From Nannocystis pusilla (lineage in GTDB: Bacteria; Myxococcota_A; Polyangia; Nannocystales; Nannocystaceae): a stretch of DNA of 64,000 nt. The stretch lies in the NCBI RefSeq assembly GCF_049337375.1, contig NZ_JBMPIV010000001.1; one strand, given 5' to 3'. Each line of letters opens with the position of its first letter. Position 1 is the stretch's first letter. Positions 61,814 through 64,000 of this stretch are shown one piece after another. The position numbers and the translations under genes were made by a program. The notes beneath the pieces are model-generated. The model made no database searches and was not told where the DNA came from. It saw only the letters and a program-made list of their open reading frames with translations.

Positions 61814-61912
61814 GCGGGCATCCTAGCGGGCGTCGGCGCGCGCGGCAGGACCTACCGCTGCGGGCCCGTGCGCGACATCGGCCGGCAACAGCCAGTACAC
61901 CGCTCTGTTACG

Positions 61913-64000
61913 ATGGCGCGTCCGGGGGGTGGAAGGGGTTTGATCGCCAACTTGGTCTCGGCGCTGACGGGTAACGCGGCGCTGTTCACGTTCACCGCCT
62001 CCGCGGGCGATCTCGAAGTAATCCGCTTCGCCGGCTTCGAGGCGGTCTCGTCGCTGTTCGAGCTGCGCATCGAGCTCGCGGGCCCGGAGATCGACCTCGC
62101 GGCATTGGTCGACAAGCCGGCGCTGCTGACGATCGGCGGCGTCGAGTCGCCGCGCCAGATCCACGGCCTCGTGTGCGGCGCCGAGTACAGCGGCGAGCTG
62201 CGCCAGCACCACGTCTACGAGGTGACCTTCGTGCCGCGGGTGTGGCGGCTGACGCGGCGCCAGGACAGCCGGATCTTCCAGCGCAAGACGACGCAGACGA
62301 TCGTCGGCGAGGTGCTCGAGAAGGCCGGGATCCCGCGCGACTGGTTCCGCTTCGACCTGTTCTCCTCGTACAACCCGCGCGACTACTGCGTGCAGTACCG
62401 CGAGTCGGACTGGGACTTCGTCAGCCGGCTGCTCGAGGAGGACGGCATCTACTACTACTTCGAGCACAGCGCCGAGAAGCACGTGCTCGTGATGAGCGAC
62501 AAGCCCGGCGCGCCGGCGATCGCGGGCCCGCAGGAGGTGTGGTGGGCCCCGCCGCACGGGTTCGTGCGCGGGCAGGAGCACATCACCCGCTTCCGCCTGC
62601 TCGAGGGCGTGCGCACCGGCAAGTCCGCGCTGCGCGACCACAACCTCCACAAGCCCGACCAGCAGATGGACGCCAGCGAGTCGGCACCGTTGGCCACCGA
62701 CCTCGAGGTCTACGACTTCCCCGGCGAGTACCAGGAGAGCGGCGGGCGCACCTCGGATCAGGGCGCCGGCCTGGCGAAGATCCGGCTCGAGGCGATGCAG
62801 TACGACCGCCGCCGCGGCCTCGGCGAGAGCGACTGCCCGCGGCTCGTGCCCGGCTACTCGTTCACGCAGGCCGGCCACCAGCGCGGCGACCTCGACGGCG
62901 ACTACAAGCTGCTGCGCGTCGAGCACAAGGGCGAGCAGTCGCAGGTGCTCGAGCAGGACGCCGGCACCGAGTTCTCCTACAACAACAGCTTCGTGTGCAT
63001 CGAGGCCAGGACGCCGTACCGGCCGCCGCGCGTGACCCCGCGGCCGACGGTGCGAGGCGTGCAGACGGCCACCGTGGTCGGCCCGCCCAACGAGGAGATC
63101 TACGTCGACGAGCACGCGCGGGTGAAGGTGCAGTTCCACTGGGACCGCAGCGACAAGTTCAGCGAGGACTCGTCGTGCTGGGTCCGCGTCAGCCAGCTGT
63201 GGGCCGGCAACTCGTGGGGCGCGATGTTCATCCCGCGGATCGGCCACGAGGTGCTGGTCGACTTCATCGAGGGCGACCCCGACAGACCGGTGATCGTCGG
63301 CCGGATCTACCACGGCCTCAACCTGCCGCCGTACCCGCTGCCGGAGCAGAAGACCAAGAGCACCATCAAGTCGGACACCTACCAGGGGGCCGGCTACAAC
63401 GAGCTGCGCTTCGAAGACCAGAAGGGGATCGAGCAGATCTTCATGCACGCGCAGCGCAACATGGACATCCGCGTCCTGCACGACCGGATGGAGAGCGTGC
63501 TGCACAACCGCCACCTGACCGTCGGCAGCAACGACGGCGGGGCCAAGATCGGCGACTACTACGAGAACATCTGGCGCGACCACCACTGGCGCATCGATCG
63601 CAACCGCAACGAGCACGTCGGCGGCGACCTGCGGATCCGCGTCGGCGGCATCGACGGCGTCGGCCACGTCGACACCATCATCGAGGGCAACCGCCGCGAG
63701 CTGGTGATGCAGAGCCAGAGCCTCGAGGTCAAGGCCGACCTCAAGATCAAGATCGGCGGCGGCCACCACGAGCAGGTCCTGGGCGACGTCCACCGCAAGG
63801 TCACGGGCCTGTTGTCGGTGGAGGCGCTCAAGGAGGTCCACTACAAGTCGTCCAAGGTCGTGATCGAGGCCTCGCAGGGGCTGACCATCCGCGGCCCCGG
63901 CGGCTTCATCACCATTCATTCAGGCGGCATCGACATCGTCGGCACGCTGGTCAAGATCAACAGCGGCGGCTCGGCGCTCACCGGCACGGCCGCCGGCCCG
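61913..64000 (+). CDS. vgrG: Type VI secretion system tip protein VgrG (partial; runs off the window end)
   Basis: MARPGGGRGLIANLVSALTGNAALFTFTASAGDLEVIRFAGFEAVSSLFELRIELA...LLTIGG is the VgrG N-terminus (gp27-like). WAGNSWGAMFIPRIGHEVLVDFIEGDPDRPVIVGRIYHG is the gp5 OB-fold signature. The frame was verified codon by codon from ATG 61913. Confidence 0.85.
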   Translation, partial: MARPGGGRGLIANLVSALTGNAALFTFTASAGDLEVIRFAGFEAVSSLFELRIELAGPEIDLAALVDKPALLTIGGVESPRQIHGLVCGAEYSGELRQHHVYEVTFVPRVWRLTRRQDSRIFQRKTTQTIVGEVLEKAGIPRDWFRFDLFSSYNPRDYCVQYRESDWDFVSRLLEEDGIYYYFEHSAEKHVLVMSDKPGAPAIAGPQEVWWAPPHGFVRGQEHITRFRLLEGVRTGKSALRDHNLHKPDQQMDASESAPLATDLEVYDFPGEYQESGGRTSDQGAGLAKIRLEAMQYDRRRGLGESDCPRLVPGYSFTQAGHQRGDLDGDYKLLRVEHKGEQSQVLEQDAGTEFSYNNSFVCIEARTPYRPPRVTPRPTVRGVQTATVVGPPNEEIYVDEHARVKVQFHWDRSDKFSEDSSCWVRVSQLWAGNSWGAMFIPRIGHEVLVDFIEGDPDRPVIVGRIYHGLNLPPYPLPEQKTKSTIKSDTYQGAGYNELRFEDQKGIEQIFMHAQRNMDIRVLHDRMESVLHNRHLTVGSNDGGAKIGDYYENIWRDHHWRIDRNRNEHVGGDLRIRVGGIDGVGHVDTIIEGNRRELVMQSQSLEVKADLKIKIGGGHHEQVLGDVHRKVTGLLSVEALKEVHYKSSKVVIEASQGLTIRGPGGFITIHSGGIDIVGTLVKINSGGSALTGTAAGP

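Noticed and set aside
60760-61821. 353-aa Arg/Pro/Ser-rich ORF overlapping the ATP-grasp gene in another frame
   Set aside because: Junk composition over most of its length. Only its last 45 or so codons (60760..60905) look coding, and these are discussed as a possible frameshifted C-terminus.

Overview
This window is very high-GC DNA (about 70% or more), with strong third-position GC bias in the real genes and many long Arg/Pro/Gly-rich spurious ORFs in the other frames. The gene content points to a myxobacterium (Myxococcota, possibly Polyangiaceae-like); this is an inference from composition and gene content, not from a database search. The indicators are a Myxococcus-type cysteine-rich-repeat/RCC1 lipoprotein, many lipoproteins with Thr/Asp-rich linkers, Hanks-type kinases, a Protein S-like beta/gamma-crystallin protein, an M4 protease and a secreted S1/P1 nuclease.

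I called about 50 protein-coding genes. The main groups are:
- a BlaI/BlaR1-like repressor and M56 sensor-protease pair
- a YceI protein next to a decayed integrase fragment
- a nitroreductase
- an M4 thermolysin-like protease
- a three-gene histidine-kinase/response-regulator operon that includes a 1120-aa kinase with two complete kinase cores
- two RsbR-like STAS proteins (PAS-PAS-STAS and GAF-STAS)
- a MarR-VOC pair and an AraC regulator next to an alpha/beta hydrolase
- a three-subunit xanthine-dehydrogenase/aldehyde-oxidase-family operon
- an HxlR-azoreductase pair
- an S1/P1 nuclease and a MOSC protein
- a Cache-domain histidine kinase
- a Ser/Thr kinase followed by a TPR-like lipoprotein
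- an ATP-grasp protein
- a partial T6SS VgrG at the right edge of the window

I saw no rRNA, tRNA, CRISPR array or intact insertion sequence.

The most unusual feature is a dispersed family of short tandem arrays. Each array is 2 to 6 units with a 14-bp period, built on a CATGTCC core that often forms a GGACATGTCC palindrome. They occur at 15 or more loci, mostly between genes. Two coincide with clear intrinsic terminators and two lie inside a coding region.

All functional calls are from motifs and domain architectures I recognised by eye. No database search was run.
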